This document shows, in pieces, positions 27,613 through 37,453 of a stretch of DNA of 60,259 bases. Positions within the stretch are counted from its first letter, which is position 1. Every line of letters begins with the position of its first letter. Source of the stretch: a virus. Taxonomy: Duplodnaviria > Caudoviricetes. The DNA lies in the IMG/VR virus record IMGVR_UViG_3300010316_001058, positions 1 to 60,259 of that record; one strand, given 5' to 3'. The notes under the pieces were generated by a model. The model had not been told where the DNA came from, searched no databases, and saw only the letters and a list, made by a program, of their open reading frames with translations. The position numbers and the translations under genes were made by a program.

Positions 27613-27774
27613 ATGACAGAGCTAGAGTTCCTCCAGGGCTTCATTGACTGGGCACAGGCACAGGGCAAGCTAACGCACAAGGATATGACTGCGTACACTG
27701 CACAGCTACAGCAGCAGCAGCAGCTAGAACAAGCTCGCGCAGTAGTAGCTGAACAGTTCAAAGGACGGTTCTAA
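27613..27774 (+). CDS. hypothetical protein (53 aa, not in ORF track)
   Basis: AAGGA SD. Confidence 0.55.
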   Translation: MTELEFLQGFIDWAQAQGKLTHKDMTAYTAQLQQQQQLEQARAVVAEQFKGRF

Positions 27775-28079
27775 TGAACTCGTTGGGATGGTGGTGGCTT
27801 AGTGTGTTTGTAGCATGTATTTTGTTTTGGTATGTGTTTATCAAATTTATTTTCTTCTGAGAAATAAAAAAAATATTTCTCGAGGGGGGTCGGGGCATAT
27901 ATTATATAATGATAACAACTACTTAGCTACAGCTAAGCCTCTCTTTCTTTCATCTTTCTTTCATCTTTCTTTCATGCTTTTTAAAATCCATGGGTGCAAA
28001 ATCACCACCTCACTTCTGTAAGTACTTCTCTACATATTTTCGTAACAGAATTTTTTACACTCAAGGACCCATTTCGGGC

Positions 28080-28109
28080 AGAGAGTCTTTTGCGTAGCAA
28101 AGCGACCCC
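28080..28109. repeat. third copy of the 30-bp GNA-hairpin repeat
   Basis: Identical to 8231-8260. Confidence 0.9.
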
Positions 28110-28250
28110 ACTATACAAAACTTTGTCTTATAATAGATCTACAGTGTTAAATTTTTTGCGCAAAATTTTTTCTACACAGTACAGGGAAATTCTCAGCGAA
28201 GCACAAACAAGTACGAGCGTGTAAGCGAGTACTGAGTCTGTAAGACTCTC

Positions 28251-28577
28251 TTGACTTACTATACAGCTCTAGCATTTTTATTGTTGACACTACCTCTAAA
28301 CTCTGCTATACTGCAGACAACGTTAACTAGCACAGGCATTCAGATGGGACTAACCAAACACTACACGTGGCACGTTCAGATACAAAGTACCTATCCTGGT
28401 AGTGTTATGCGCGTTGTTCACGAGTTCCGCGACAGTGGATTCATAGTAACAGAACTTCCCGGGCGCATCGACTGGAAGTACTCTTTAACACACAGTAATC
28501 CTGCCGCTATGACACTGCACTTACTAACAGTTGACAGCGTAAACTTTACTGTGTTACACGAGTTTGCTAATGTATAG
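28251..28577 (+). CDS. hypothetical protein (start probably ATG 28344)
   Basis: TTGACA/TATACT promoter at 28283 lies inside the ORF's 5' part. Confidence 0.5.
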   Translation: MTYYTALAFLLLTLPLNSAILQTTLTSTGIQMGLTKHYTWHVQIQSTYPGSVMRVVHEFRDSGFIVTELPGRIDWKYSLTHSNPAAMTLHLLTVDSVNFTVLHEFANV

Positions 28578-28791
28578 ATGGAAAATAAAAACATACTTCG
28601 GCATGGTGTCTACTAACATCCTAGCTAACAAACTACATGACGATAATTTTACTATTGATTCTTATAGTGTTGATGCTAGTGGCAAGTATATGTATGTTAA
28701 GGTTAGCCACGCCAGCCTTGGTGCTATAACTATAGCGAGATTAAAACACCATGAGATATTTAGCACTGTTGAAGTTGTTAATTTATTCTAG
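28570..28791 (+). CDS. small protein (MYRWKI family)
   Basis: Same first 18 nt as 28800 gene. Confidence 0.65.
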   Translation: MYRWKIKTYFGMVSTNILANKLHDDNFTIDSYSVDASGKYMYVKVSHASLGAITIARLKHHEIFSTVEVVNLF

Positions 28792-28799
28792 GAAATAAA

Positions 28800-29063
28800 A
28801 TGTATAGATGGAAAATTTCTCCCAAGGACCCAGCTGACTTTGATCTAATGTCGGAGTTTGAAACACGTCGGCAGTGTGCTATTGAAACTATGAATCCAAG
28901 TCGAGGATACTTTATTGTTAGTCATACTAGTGAAGTTGCGATTACCAAAGCTGTGATGTTTGGCGGTGATAGATTTACTGTCGAACCCTTGCGGGATAGT
29001 TTTCGTGTACAGCGCAAAAGATACAGTCGCTGGCTGCGCAAGAAAAGTAAAGTGGGTAGATAA
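28800..29063 (+). CDS. small protein (MYRWKI family)
   Basis: MYRWKI..VSHTS..AIT. Confidence 0.65.
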   Translation: MYRWKISPKDPADFDLMSEFETRRQCAIETMNPSRGYFIVSHTSEVAITKAVMFGGDRFTVEPLRDSFRVQRKRYSRWLRKKSKVGR

Positions 29064-29146
29064 CCGGATGCCAAAAATACCTTTTACCGCAAGCTGCTAC
29101 GCAGCTTTTCGGGCTTCTTGTGCCGCTCTACGCCGCGGAGGTTCTG

Positions 29147-29461
29147 ATGCATAGATGGTACTATATCATACTAGATCATAATGAGTTCTATTGGGAAGCC
29201 AATCAGCAGATCCGCAAGTATCGCCAGCAACTGGTGGAAGATCTGTTGCTGTCAGGATGTGCAACCACAGTAGATCCTCAGCTTGAAACAGAAGGTGTTA
29301 TTGTAAAGTGCAGTGACAGTGTTTGGCTTGCTATCAATCTCAAGTACAGTGAACTAATGCGAGTAGTAAAAACACGCGAGTTAAACCTTGAAGAAGTTAT
29401 AGAATATCTCAAGACCAATCATTCGGTTACTAGAAAGGTCGTCAACCATGGCGCACTCTAA
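29147..29461 (+). CDS. hypothetical protein
   Basis: GGAGG SD before MHRWYY. Confidence 0.6.
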   Translation: MHRWYYIILDHNEFYWEANQQIRKYRQQLVEDLLLSGCATTVDPQLETEGVIVKCSDSVWLAINLKYSELMRVVKTRELNLEEVIEYLKTNHSVTRKVVNHGAL

Positions 29462-29558
29462 AATCAGCCAATGGCGCAAACTACTGTTTACTAATACAGA
29501 GCGCGGCCTTTGACGATGAGTTTAATCAGGATATGATATCCCGTATGTTTGCTGAACA

Positions 29559-29807
29559 ATGACCAACTGTTGGCACAAATGGGAAACCAACGACCTTTCA
29601 CTCTTTGTTGATGTCGAAACGTTTTTAGAATACCACGGTCATTCCTGCGGAATCTATAACTGTCCAGCAGCTATTGGTCTAGTTCTAAGAATGGAAGCCA
29701 GGCTAGCAACTTATGCACAACTACACAACCTAGCTTTTGTGCCTGTTGAGATTGATGACGAGCACGCCGCTGAATTACTAGTGCGCTGTGCTGTGGATAA
29801 TGTCTAA
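29559..29807 (+). CDS. hypothetical protein
   Basis: 82-aa ORF. Confidence 0.55.
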   Translation: MTNCWHKWETNDLSLFVDVETFLEYHGHSCGIYNCPAAIGLVLRMEARLATYAQLHNLAFVPVEIDDEHAAELLVRCAVDNV

Positions 29808-29825
29808 AACACCATCTTTTCACTA

Positions 29826-29880
29826 ACCACCACGACAGGCGCCTAACGACCTGGCGACAGGCGCCTGTCGCCATGGTTGT
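29826..29880. repeat. GC-rich palindromic element related to 8589-8632
   Basis: AACCACCACGACAGGC shared; GCCTAACGACCTGGCGACAGG is the reverse complement of 8606-8626. Confidence 0.85.
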
Positions 29881-29887
29881 GTCAAAA

Positions 29888-29939
29888 CTCGATTAACACA
29901 TGCCTACAGTACTAGTGGTGCGGTCGCATGTTAATCGAG
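29888..29939. terminator. hairpin between convergent transcription units
   Basis: CTCGATTAACA...TGTTAATCGAG. Confidence 0.5.
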
Positions 29940-29947
29940 CTTAACTC

Positions 29948-31402
29948 TTATGATTTTAATGTGTTAAGGAAACTTCTCAGCTTGGTTGAATCAGCTTGTG
30001 CTTGAACTTTTCCAATGGGCTTTCCTGTTACAGGATCCATCTCAATCTCAGGAGTAGTGTCAGTCCAGTCTGTCTTGGTCTGACTTTGTCTCTTGATGTT
30101 AGCTACAATGCTACTGCCCGATGTAGTGCCTGATGATGAACCTTCATCATCCATATCGTCTTCGTCTATGTCAAAGATGCGCAATGTGTCTATGTCAAAG
30201 CCCAGATCAATCTTTGAGTTCACTCCGCTCGAACTACGTGTCTTCATTAGCTGTAATTGATAGCGTCCGCGTTCGCGCATTGCTCGACTTGTAAAGATGC
30301 CAAACAGGTTATCCGCTGTGTTGATCTTTGAGATACCGCCCGAGATGTGAGAGTGGTCGAATTCAATTTCTTCAACTGCTCCTCTGTTAAGCTGCGACGC
30401 TGTAACAAAGATTGTGTTCAGTTCCATAGCAAGGTTGCGCAGTTCTTCACTTACGTACTTGTCTTTGATGAACAAGTTCTCTGCTGAAATCTTTGCACCG
30501 TTTGGATGTAGTAGATCCAAATAGTCAACTAGGATAACATCAATCTTGCGCCCTGTTTTGATTTCGTATTCTTTGATATAGCTGCGAATGTCGTTGGGCG
30601 TTTTGCCAGATGGCATGTACTTAACTTGGAACGCACCGGACTTCTTGCCTATCATTGTAACTTTCATTTCAACATCATCAATGTTCTTAAAGATGTCTCT
30701 AGTGCTAATGCCAGTTAGCATTGAGTCAACACGCATACTCACTAGTGCTTCACTAAGTTCTAGTGTGATGTATAAAACGTTCAGTCCTGCTAGTGCCCAG
30801 TTCACTCCTAGGTTGGCCATGAACAAACTCTTACCAGAACCCGATCCGCCTGCAAAGATATTAAGCTCGCCTCTGTTGAAGCCTCCAAACAGTTTATGAT
30901 CTAGTGCTGCCCAGCCTGTAGATATTTGTCCGTTGCTTTCTTTAATGCTTTCCAAACGCGACCGCGGATTCTCAAAGTAGTTAGTACCAAGGTCTTTTTG
31001 TAAACCAATCTGTACAGCTTTCTTAACCAAGTCTTCAACAGGACCGTACTCTCCCTTTTCAAGTAGGTCTGCTGATTGTAAGATTGCACGTTCGAGTGCC
31101 TTGTGACGTGAGAACGTTTCGAAGTCTGTGAGCAGCCAATCGAAATGCTCTTCTCTCAGACCATCGCCCGGATCCTTTAGGTCAGAATGTGTGCTAGCAT
31201 TAACCATATCAAACGTCGGCATTGCGTTGTGCTCTGCTACGTAATCACTAACAAACTCGGCTGCATTGGCTAGTCGCCTGTCAAAGTTCTCTGGGTCAAA
31301 GATGTTCTGGCAGCGAATAAATGTCTGCGCATCTCTAAGCATCATTTCTAGATATACTTTTTGTATATCGAAACCGTATTCTGTATTTTGCTTTGTTTTC
31401 AT
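29948..31402 (-). CDS. replicative DNA helicase (DnaB/T4 gp41-like)
   Basis: GGSGSGKS, YITLELSE, ILVDYLDL, TASQLNR, KTR. Confidence 0.93.
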   Translation of the reverse strand: MKTKQNTEYGFDIQKVYLEMMLRDAQTFIRCQNIFDPENFDRRLANAAEFVSDYVAEHNAMPTFDMVNASTHSDLKDPGDGLREEHFDWLLTDFETFSRHKALERAILQSADLLEKGEYGPVEDLVKKAVQIGLQKDLGTNYFENPRSRLESIKESNGQISTGWAALDHKLFGGFNRGELNIFAGGSGSGKSLFMANLGVNWALAGLNVLYITLELSEALVSMRVDSMLTGISTRDIFKNIDDVEMKVTMIGKKSGAFQVKYMPSGKTPNDIRSYIKEYEIKTGRKIDVILVDYLDLLHPNGAKISAENLFIKDKYVSEELRNLAMELNTIFVTASQLNRGAVEEIEFDHSHISGGISKINTADNLFGIFTSRAMRERGRYQLQLMKTRSSSGVNSKIDLGFDIDTLRIFDIDEDDMDDEGSSSGTTSGSSIVANIKRQSQTKTDWTDTTPEIEMDPVTGKPIGKVQAQADSTKLRSFLNTLKS

Positions 31403-31420
31403 ATACTTAGTATACCTTCT

Positions 31421-32134
31421 TTAATCAGTCTTGTCAATATTATATTTGGTCTTAATAAACGGAAGAATCACTTGCTCTGTAAAATCTACATATTGCCCTT
31501 CTCCGGGATGCCAGCCATCGCTACAAAACGGGTGTGTGCTATTGTCCCTGCACCATTCATGGCATCCTTCAACTGGCAAGAAATGATTCCAATCAATTAG
31601 TTTATATAGATAATCAACGTCAGGAGTATCTCGATAACTAAATGTTTCGGCAGTAAAGTTACTCATAAAAAATTTAATCTTATTAGCTTTCAGAAATGAC
31701 TGTAAATAGATAATGTTGTGCAGCGTATCTATCTGTGCGCCAATGTTGTCGTGGCGTCTATAGAAGTCTCGAGAATATACATTGGTCCAATGGACGTTGT
31801 GAATTAGCCAACCACCTTGACTGTTTTTAGGAAACGTTACAGGATTATGTTGCCAGCCATCTATATTCTTTTTTTGATAGGCTTGATGAATTACTTTATT
31901 AGTGGTAAACTGTTCGCCTCGATTGACTCCGCTCCACATAACTCCAACTAGTGTATTTTTGTAACTCTTTAATTCTGTCAATGCGTGTATAACACGTTTA
32001 GCTATTAGCCCATTTCCTTGACACGACAACCCGACATTTGTTAAGTCGGCACCTAACATTTCACTTAGTGGCAATGGCCATGCACGTATTGATTCAGTTT
32101 CTGTGAAGCTACACCCGCCCGTAATTAGTTTCAT
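31421..32134 (-). CDS. SGNH-like hypothetical protein
   Basis: GGCSFT, GN..I, VMWSG..R, DGWHP. Confidence 0.65.
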   Translation of the reverse strand: MKLITGGCSFTETESIRAWPLPLSEMLGADLTNVGLSCQGNGLIAKRVIHALTELKSYKNTLVGVMWSGVNRGEQFTTNKVIHQAYQKKNIDGWQHNPVTFPKNSQGGWLIHNVHWTNVYSRDFYRRHDNIGAQIDTLHNIIYLQSFLKANKIKFFMSNFTAETFSYRDTPDVDYLYKLIDWNHFLPVEGCHEWCRDNSTHPFCSDGWHPGEGQYVDFTEQVILPFIKTKYNIDKTD

Positions 32135-33600
32135 GTAAACACCTTTACCTTATATTTCTTTTCAAAGTTTGCAGCGTCATGTGCATTATTAACAATCGGC
32201 ATACCTTTGATATTAAGACTAGTGTTGAGCAGCATTGGGCAACCTGTTAGTTTGTACCATTGTTCAAGCAAAGATCTAAAACCTGATTTACTTGATTTTG
32301 CAACTGTTTGAACTCTGCTAGTTCCGTCTCCGTGGACAATTGCCGGATACTGATCAGGATATCTGCAACGTGATGTGTACTGCATATATGGCCCGACGGG
32401 ACCTTCAAAGTAGTCTGCTGCGTGTTCTTCAAGTATAGCTGGGGCAAATGGTCTGAACTGTTGACGTTTTTTGATTTCATTAACTGTATGCTTAATATTA
32501 CTACCACGAGGATCAGCAAGCAAACTGCGATTGCCCAAGGCTCTGGGGCCGAATTCTGCTCTTCCATTAGCTACTCCTACAATACTGTTTGTACTTAGTT
32601 CCTGTAAAAGACTATCTATGGGATAAGGACGATCGATGTTATATCCTAAATAAACGTGTGGCATTTCTATGTGCTGTTGCTTATGTGCAAGTACACACCC
32701 TATAGCCGATCCTGCGTCACCTGGGTTAGGCATGATCCAAACATTGTTAAAATATTTGCGAGCAATGTGATTAGCTGAACAGTTTAGAGCACACCCACCT
32801 GCTATTACTAGATTAGGTATATCGTACTGTGACACATATTGTATTAAGTATTCAAAGATGTCTTCGTACACTTTTTGTGTAGCAGCAGCAATGTCAAATA
32901 GATCTTGTTCTGTAGTAAGATCCGGCCTCCAGTCTAAACAGCCACGATGAAGGTTTCTTTTAAACTTTATTTGAGGACTATTCATATCAGGCCAACGATC
33001 GATAAAGTCGCGTACTATGTCCCTATAAAGACGATTAGGATCGCCGTATGCTGCCATGCCCATAAGAATATATTCGTCTTCTTGTGGGTTTAGTCCAACC
33101 CTTTGGGTAAGTGCGGAATACCAGAGCCCCACTGAGTGTGGGTATCTTTGTGAATAGATTCTGTTAAGTTCTTGTCCTTTACCATGCCAGATAGTGAGTG
33201 TGTCAAACTCTCCAATACTGTCGATACAGACAACGCAGGCTTCGTCAAAAGCACTAGTATAATACCCGGCAGCAGCATGGGAAAGATGATGATCAGTATA
33301 CTGAATAGGAGCATTAATTTTGTAATTAGCCAAATAATTTCGAACATTATTCTCCCTAAAGTTAATCCCTTGCCCTGCTCTAAATTGTCTAAGAGTCTTG
33401 ACAAGGGGTCTTTCGTACCAAATAATTTCATCTGGCTCTCCCCATTGTTTTGCATAATCTATCAGTTGTATATTCAGGTGTGCATCGTTTTTTATACCAC
33501 TAAATCGTTCACTATGACTAGCAAATTTTATTTCAGTAACATCTTCATCAAAGACTGCCAAGGCAGCGTCGTGGCTGTTTGCACTAATTCCCCAGATCAT
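32131..33600 (-). CDS. carbamoyltransferase (NodU/CmcH family)
   Basis: HDAA, HHLSHAA, MGMAAYG, GGCALNC, EFGPRALGNRS, RPFAP, LLNTSLN. Confidence 0.93.
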   Translation of the reverse strand: MIWGISANSHDAALAVFDEDVTEIKFASHSERFSGIKNDAHLNIQLIDYAKQWGEPDEIIWYERPLVKTLRQFRAGQGINFRENNVRNYLANYKINAPIQYTDHHLSHAAAGYYTSAFDEACVVCIDSIGEFDTLTIWHGKGQELNRIYSQRYPHSVGLWYSALTQRVGLNPQEDEYILMGMAAYGDPNRLYRDIVRDFIDRWPDMNSPQIKFKRNLHRGCLDWRPDLTTEQDLFDIAAATQKVYEDIFEYLIQYVSQYDIPNLVIAGGCALNCSANHIARKYFNNVWIMPNPGDAGSAIGCVLAHKQQHIEMPHVYLGYNIDRPYPIDSLLQELSTNSIVGVANGRAEFGPRALGNRSLLADPRGSNIKHTVNEIKKRQQFRPFAPAILEEHAADYFEGPVGPYMQYTSRCRYPDQYPAIVHGDGTSRVQTVAKSSKSGFRSLLEQWYKLTGCPMLLNTSLNIKGMPIVNNAHDAANFEKKYKVKVFT

Positions 33601-34220
33601 TTAAGTTTGTATCCTAATTTATAACCGCTGGGTGCTGTACCAAGTAAACACCTAATACGGTCTGTTCCGTTATTATAGAATCGCTTACCTTTCATTTTAT
33701 CGCTTATCTCTTTGCGCTTGTCATCAGAATGTTTTTTCCCATACATAGGATTGTTTTCTCCTGATTGTGCAGCCGACATCCTTGATTTTTGTTCATTAGA
33801 TCTTTTTAAACCAGTTCTAGATTCTGACATCTTTCTTTTTGTTTCGTCGGAATGTGGTTGTCTTTTTCTTCTTGCCATAATTAAATTCTCTATGTGTTGC
33901 TTAGTAAACCCGTTTCCTCTAGTATAATGATTTTCGCCCGAACTGAATCCTTTGCCGCCCGGTTGCTTGTTATGACAATTTTTATCAGTTATCCACAAAT
34001 CCCCGACGTAAAGTTCTTCAGCACAGTGGCATTCTTCTTCTGTATCAAATTCTGCTAACGTAATGCGTTCAAAATTTTCAACTCCGTATTTTGCGATAGC
34101 ATTTTTAACTACTTCACTACTTCCAAAATAACCATCAAAGTCTTCAGTTAGCATTTTGTGCTTACCGATATAATATTTGTTATTTGTTTTATTCACTGTT
34201 TTATATACTATGTATTTCAT
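33597..34220 (-). CDS. GIY-YIG (Seg-like) homing endonuclease with NUMOD3 repeats
   Basis: YIVYKT.N..NNKYYIGKH, YFGS, HSDETKRKMS, NPMYGKKHS. Confidence 0.9.
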   Translation of the reverse strand: MKYIVYKTVNKTNNKYYIGKHKMLTEDFDGYFGSSEVVKNAIAKYGVENFERITLAEFDTEEECHCAEELYVGDLWITDKNCHNKQPGGKGFSSGENHYTRGNGFTKQHIENLIMARRKRQPHSDETKRKMSESRTGLKRSNEQKSRMSAAQSGENNPMYGKKHSDDKRKEISDKMKGKRFYNNGTDRIRCLLGTAPSGYKLGYKLK

Positions 34221-34255
34221 AGTTATATTTAGCATTAAATAAACGGAGCCTTCTG

Positions 34256-34366
34256 TTAACGATAAATAAACGGATCTTTCTTCCGCAACTCCTTCATCTT
34301 CTTGCGGAAGGCAATTTCTTCTTTAAGTCTTGTGTAAGGCCACATTAACCATTTTAGTAAAACCAT
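34256..34366 (-). CDS. small basic protein (36 aa, not in ORF track)
   Basis: MVLLKWLMWPYTRLKEEIAFRKKMKELRKKDPFIYR, overlapping primase stop. Confidence 0.6.
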   Translation of the reverse strand: MVLLKWLMWPYTRLKEEIAFRKKMKELRKKDPFIYR

Positions 34367-35343
34367 TTTTTTGCTCTCAATCTTATTTTTAGCGGCGATG
34401 TCTCAGCAGCGCTCACTACACTATATAGCGCATACAATTTACCGTACTTGCTAACGCAATCATCAACGTCTTCGACATCTTCTGGCCAGTCAGGTAAACT
34501 AACTCCCCATTCTTGTTCGATTGCTTGTTCCATAAGTCCCATGCCCTTGTTGTTCCTGTCTGGTACAACAATAACATCTTTATTTAATCTATTAATCAGC
34601 AACGCCTGTTGATCTGATATCTCACTTCCGTTAAACGCAACGCCTCCTAAATGACTTGCGTCAATTGGTCCTTCAGTTGCAATAACAAACATCTTCTCGT
34701 GACTCTGTTGGTCTAGGCCGAATACATAGCCAGGCTGGCTTTCCATTAAGTAACGAGGCTTGTCATTCTTATCTATGTTTCTAGCAGTCCATCCTACTAT
34801 TCTATTCTCATAGTAAAATGGTACAATCAGTCGACGCTTGTACAACGGATTGTTACACCAAAAGTAGTTGTAGCCGTCATCTAAATAGAGATTGCGCGAC
34901 GTCATGTACTGCATCACATCCCATAGTGCGCCATCGGCACAAGGGTCGTCTGTAATTTCTATAGTGTTATTAGGCAGTGCCATTGTTTCAAATTTCGGAA
35001 CAACAGTGCCAGTAGCAAACGATCTAATCTCAACGTTTTCTTTAATGCGCAATGCATCAAACGTTAGCTTAGTAATAACTTCATCTGGGACATACAGCCA
35101 ACTAAGTAACTGTCGCATTTTGTAACCAAGCTTTCTGCCTGGTTGCCAACTTGCTTTAAATCCGCAGTTGAAACAGTGATACGAAACACTATCGCCGTTT
35201 TCAATTAAGCCTGCTCTATCTTTAGTGTCTCTAGATTCGCCGTTGTGAACACAGCACGAACCTGAAAAGGTGACCCAGCCACTAGGCGTAGTTTTACGCT
35301 TAGGTGGAAGATAAGATACAAGGACTTCGCTTACAATGCTCAT
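34354..35343 (-). CDS. DNA primase
   Basis: Zn finger C..H..CFNCG, RLIVPF..GWTAR, TOPRIM TEGPIDA, PDRN, DVDD. Confidence 0.9.
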   Translation of the reverse strand: MSIVSEVLVSYLPPKRKTTPSGWVTFSGSCCVHNGESRDTKDRAGLIENGDSVSYHCFNCGFKASWQPGRKLGYKMRQLLSWLYVPDEVITKLTFDALRIKENVEIRSFATGTVVPKFETMALPNNTIEITDDPCADGALWDVMQYMTSRNLYLDDGYNYFWCNNPLYKRRLIVPFYYENRIVGWTARNIDKNDKPRYLMESQPGYVFGLDQQSHEKMFVIATEGPIDASHLGGVAFNGSEISDQQALLINRLNKDVIVVPDRNNKGMGLMEQAIEQEWGVSLPDWPEDVEDVDDCVSKYGKLYALYSVVSAAETSPLKIRLRAKKWFY

Positions 35344-35410
35344 AATAGTAGTATAACATTACAGGAAAGTAAAGTCAATTAGTTTATTTCTCATTGTGCA
35401 TTAGCTGCTA

Positions 35411-35647
35411 TTAAATCATCCATCCGAGGTCACTTGCAACAAAATCGCCGATCTCTTTTGAATGTCGACAGTTTGCTCTATACATCATGCCCGGACAATC
35501 ACAAGTGAAGCCTTTTTCAGTCATTTCAATTGTGTAGACTTCGCCCTTTTTCTTGCCAGCAAGTGCCCAAATACTACCAAGTTGAGGATGGTTTTTGTAG
35601 TGAGTTCCTACTGCCGGCTTGTAAACTCTAGAACCATATTTACTCAC
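35411..35647 (-). CDS. SWIM zinc-finger protein
   Basis: FTCDCPG....CRH. Confidence 0.8.
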   Translation of the reverse strand: MSKYGSRVYKPAVGTHYKNHPQLGSIWALAGKKKGEVYTIEMTEKGFTCDCPGMMYRANCRHSKEIGDFVASDLGWMI

Positions 35648-35714
35648 TGCTCTACTCCGTGCTTATCTATTTTCCCTATAATAGTATTATAGCATTGCAG
35701 TCTAATAAAGTCAA

Positions 35715-36506
35715 TTAGTTTCTAACTAGTACCTTAGGTAATGTTCCATCTGGGTCAGCTGTTGTTTTGATTCTTAAGAAACGGATAACACCTGTGAAGT
35801 TAGCTGGTGTAGGTTCTGTTTCAGTTCCGTCGAACGTCAGTGTCACTACGTCCGACCATACCGTAGTGCCGGTAATTGCGTTCTCTAACGTTGCTTGTAC
35901 AATTACGTCACCTACATACCCATTAGTGTATACCGCCACTGTATGAAGCGCATCGTTGTTGTTAGTGCCCGGTTCAGCGTCAACTGCGCCCGATACGTAA
36001 GGCGAGTCCAGAACGTTGTCTACTAGGTTAAAGGTTTCGATAACCTTCGATGCTTTAGGACCGGGGAATATTTCATTGCTTACCTTAATGATACCGTTGT
36101 TGCCAAAGTGCGAGTCAGTATAAGTTAGCACATCTTTACCGTCTTGATCAACAAGGATGATGCTGTATGATAGGTATTGGTATTTGAAATTCAACATTGC
36201 GTTTTCAGGTATTGTAATGCTGAACAAACCTTTGCACTTTGTAGTTGATCCATCATCAAGTGATACACCATCAATGTCCAATACTAGGTTTTTGTTTTCG
36301 TCAAAGGCAATAAATCTAGGTGTATACTGTGTTGTATCAATTGGTTTTTGATCTGCGTTAAGTAGTCTGAATTGAACTACGTTATCTATTCCTTTATATA
36401 CTTGTATATGTCTTTGATACACTGGTCTGTACTCCACTATGAATCCTGCCAAATCGGCTACAACGTTCACTCTATTATTGACTAAATATCTTGGTAACAA
36501 CTGCAT
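35715..36506 (-). CDS. late beta-rich protein, probably structural
   Basis: TAAATA-N5-ATG; F.LLN.DQKPID resembles baseplate-upper-protein N-terminal folds (by eye). Confidence 0.55.
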   Translation of the reverse strand: MQLLPRYLVNNRVNVVADLAGFIVEYRPVYQRHIQVYKGIDNVVQFRLLNADQKPIDTTQYTPRFIAFDENKNLVLDIDGVSLDDGSTTKCKGLFSITIPENAMLNFKYQYLSYSIILVDQDGKDVLTYTDSHFGNNGIIKVSNEIFPGPKASKVIETFNLVDNVLDSPYVSGAVDAEPGTNNNDALHTVAVYTNGYVGDVIVQATLENAITGTTVWSDVVTLTFDGTETEPTPANFTGVIRFLRIKTTADPDGTLPKVLVRN

Positions 36507-36530
36507 AGCTATATTTATTAAAAAGAGAAC

Positions 36531-36899
36531 ATGTTAACAAAAGATATAAAAGATAAATTCCCGTTCTTGAGCGTGGTGAAGTACGGAGGCAACGAGTATG
36601 TTGGCATCGTAATCAATCAGGATCAGTGGGTTACTAGTATGTACATTTATAGTACTTTAAAGACTATTGTCGAAAAGCAAGGGTTCTTAGAGATGGGCGA
36701 AGTATGGTGGTGGGAGTCGAATAGACTCATACCTATCAATATATTTCTAAAAAAAGAAATGGAACCATACAAGTATTCCATTATGACTATGAACTCCAAG
36801 GACGTAGATGTATCAATAGGGCCGACTGTAAATTTAAATAATCTACTTATAAAGAGGGTAAAGCGTAAGAATGTACAGCTTGTAAAGAAACCTAAGTAG
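36531..36899 (+). CDS. conserved hypothetical protein
   Basis: FPFLS..EYVGI..WWWESNR.IPINIFL. Confidence 0.7.
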   Translation: MLTKDIKDKFPFLSVVKYGGNEYVGIVINQDQWVTSMYIYSTLKTIVEKQGFLEMGEVWWWESNRLIPINIFLKKEMEPYKYSIMTMNSKDVDVSIGPTVNLNNLLIKRVKRKNVQLVKKPK

Positions 36900-37452
36900 A
36901 TAGTTGTTCGCAGATTAAATTCATGTGTACAATCACTAGCATTGCGTAGCTGTAGGCATGGCTTTTTTTGAAAAAGTATTCGTCAGTAGTTGGCTTAACC
37001 CATACATCCGACAACACTTCATCCCAGGGCTTACCGATAAGGTGCCGCTTAGCCGGCCGAATAATTGCCAGTACCGCAGCAAGTTGTTCTAAGTTTGCGG
37101 GCGGATTCTTCCTACAAATATTAGCATGGCCAGATAGGTGGAATAACTGATCTACAAATTCGTCGTGTTGCAATAATTCCCATATAGGCTCTTGCTCAGT
37201 CAACGCATTAAGATGTTCTTCGTCTCGAATATCTTTATATATGTTAACATTAAGAAAGTCTAGTTTAAAATAGTTGCGGTCTTCCGCAGTCTTGTAATCA
37301 ATAGTAGCCAGACCATCTATCGGATTGTGGGGTATTTCAGTAACGTAGATTCCTGTATTATGCTTCTTGCCGTTAGATAATTTAGCCACACGGTGCTCTA
37401 GTAATGATAAGATTTCAGATCTATTTTTGAAATCAATGTCAATATCAGGCAT
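36892..37452 (-). CDS. minimal DNA polymerase III alpha-like (DnaE) catalytic core, 186 aa
   Basis: MPDIDIDF, H..G.Y, FKLDFL, AIIRP, FKKSHAYSY; start ATG 37452 right after the 37454 stop. Confidence 0.85.
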   Translation of the reverse strand: MPDIDIDFKNRSEILSLLEHRVAKLSNGKKHNTGIYVTEIPHNPIDGLATIDYKTAEDRNYFKLDFLNVNIYKDIRDEEHLNALTEQEPIWELLQHDEFVDQLFHLSGHANICRKNPPANLEQLAAVLAIIRPAKRHLIGKPWDEVLSDVWVKPTTDEYFFKKSHAYSYAMLVIVHMNLICEQLST

Positions 37453-37453
37453 A

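Noticed and set aside
9410-27761. Numerous minus-strand and alternate-frame ORFs in the early region
   Set aside because: Shadows of promoter/SD-supported plus-strand genes; several merely translate the promoter repeat (TITIAPFGAIVN)
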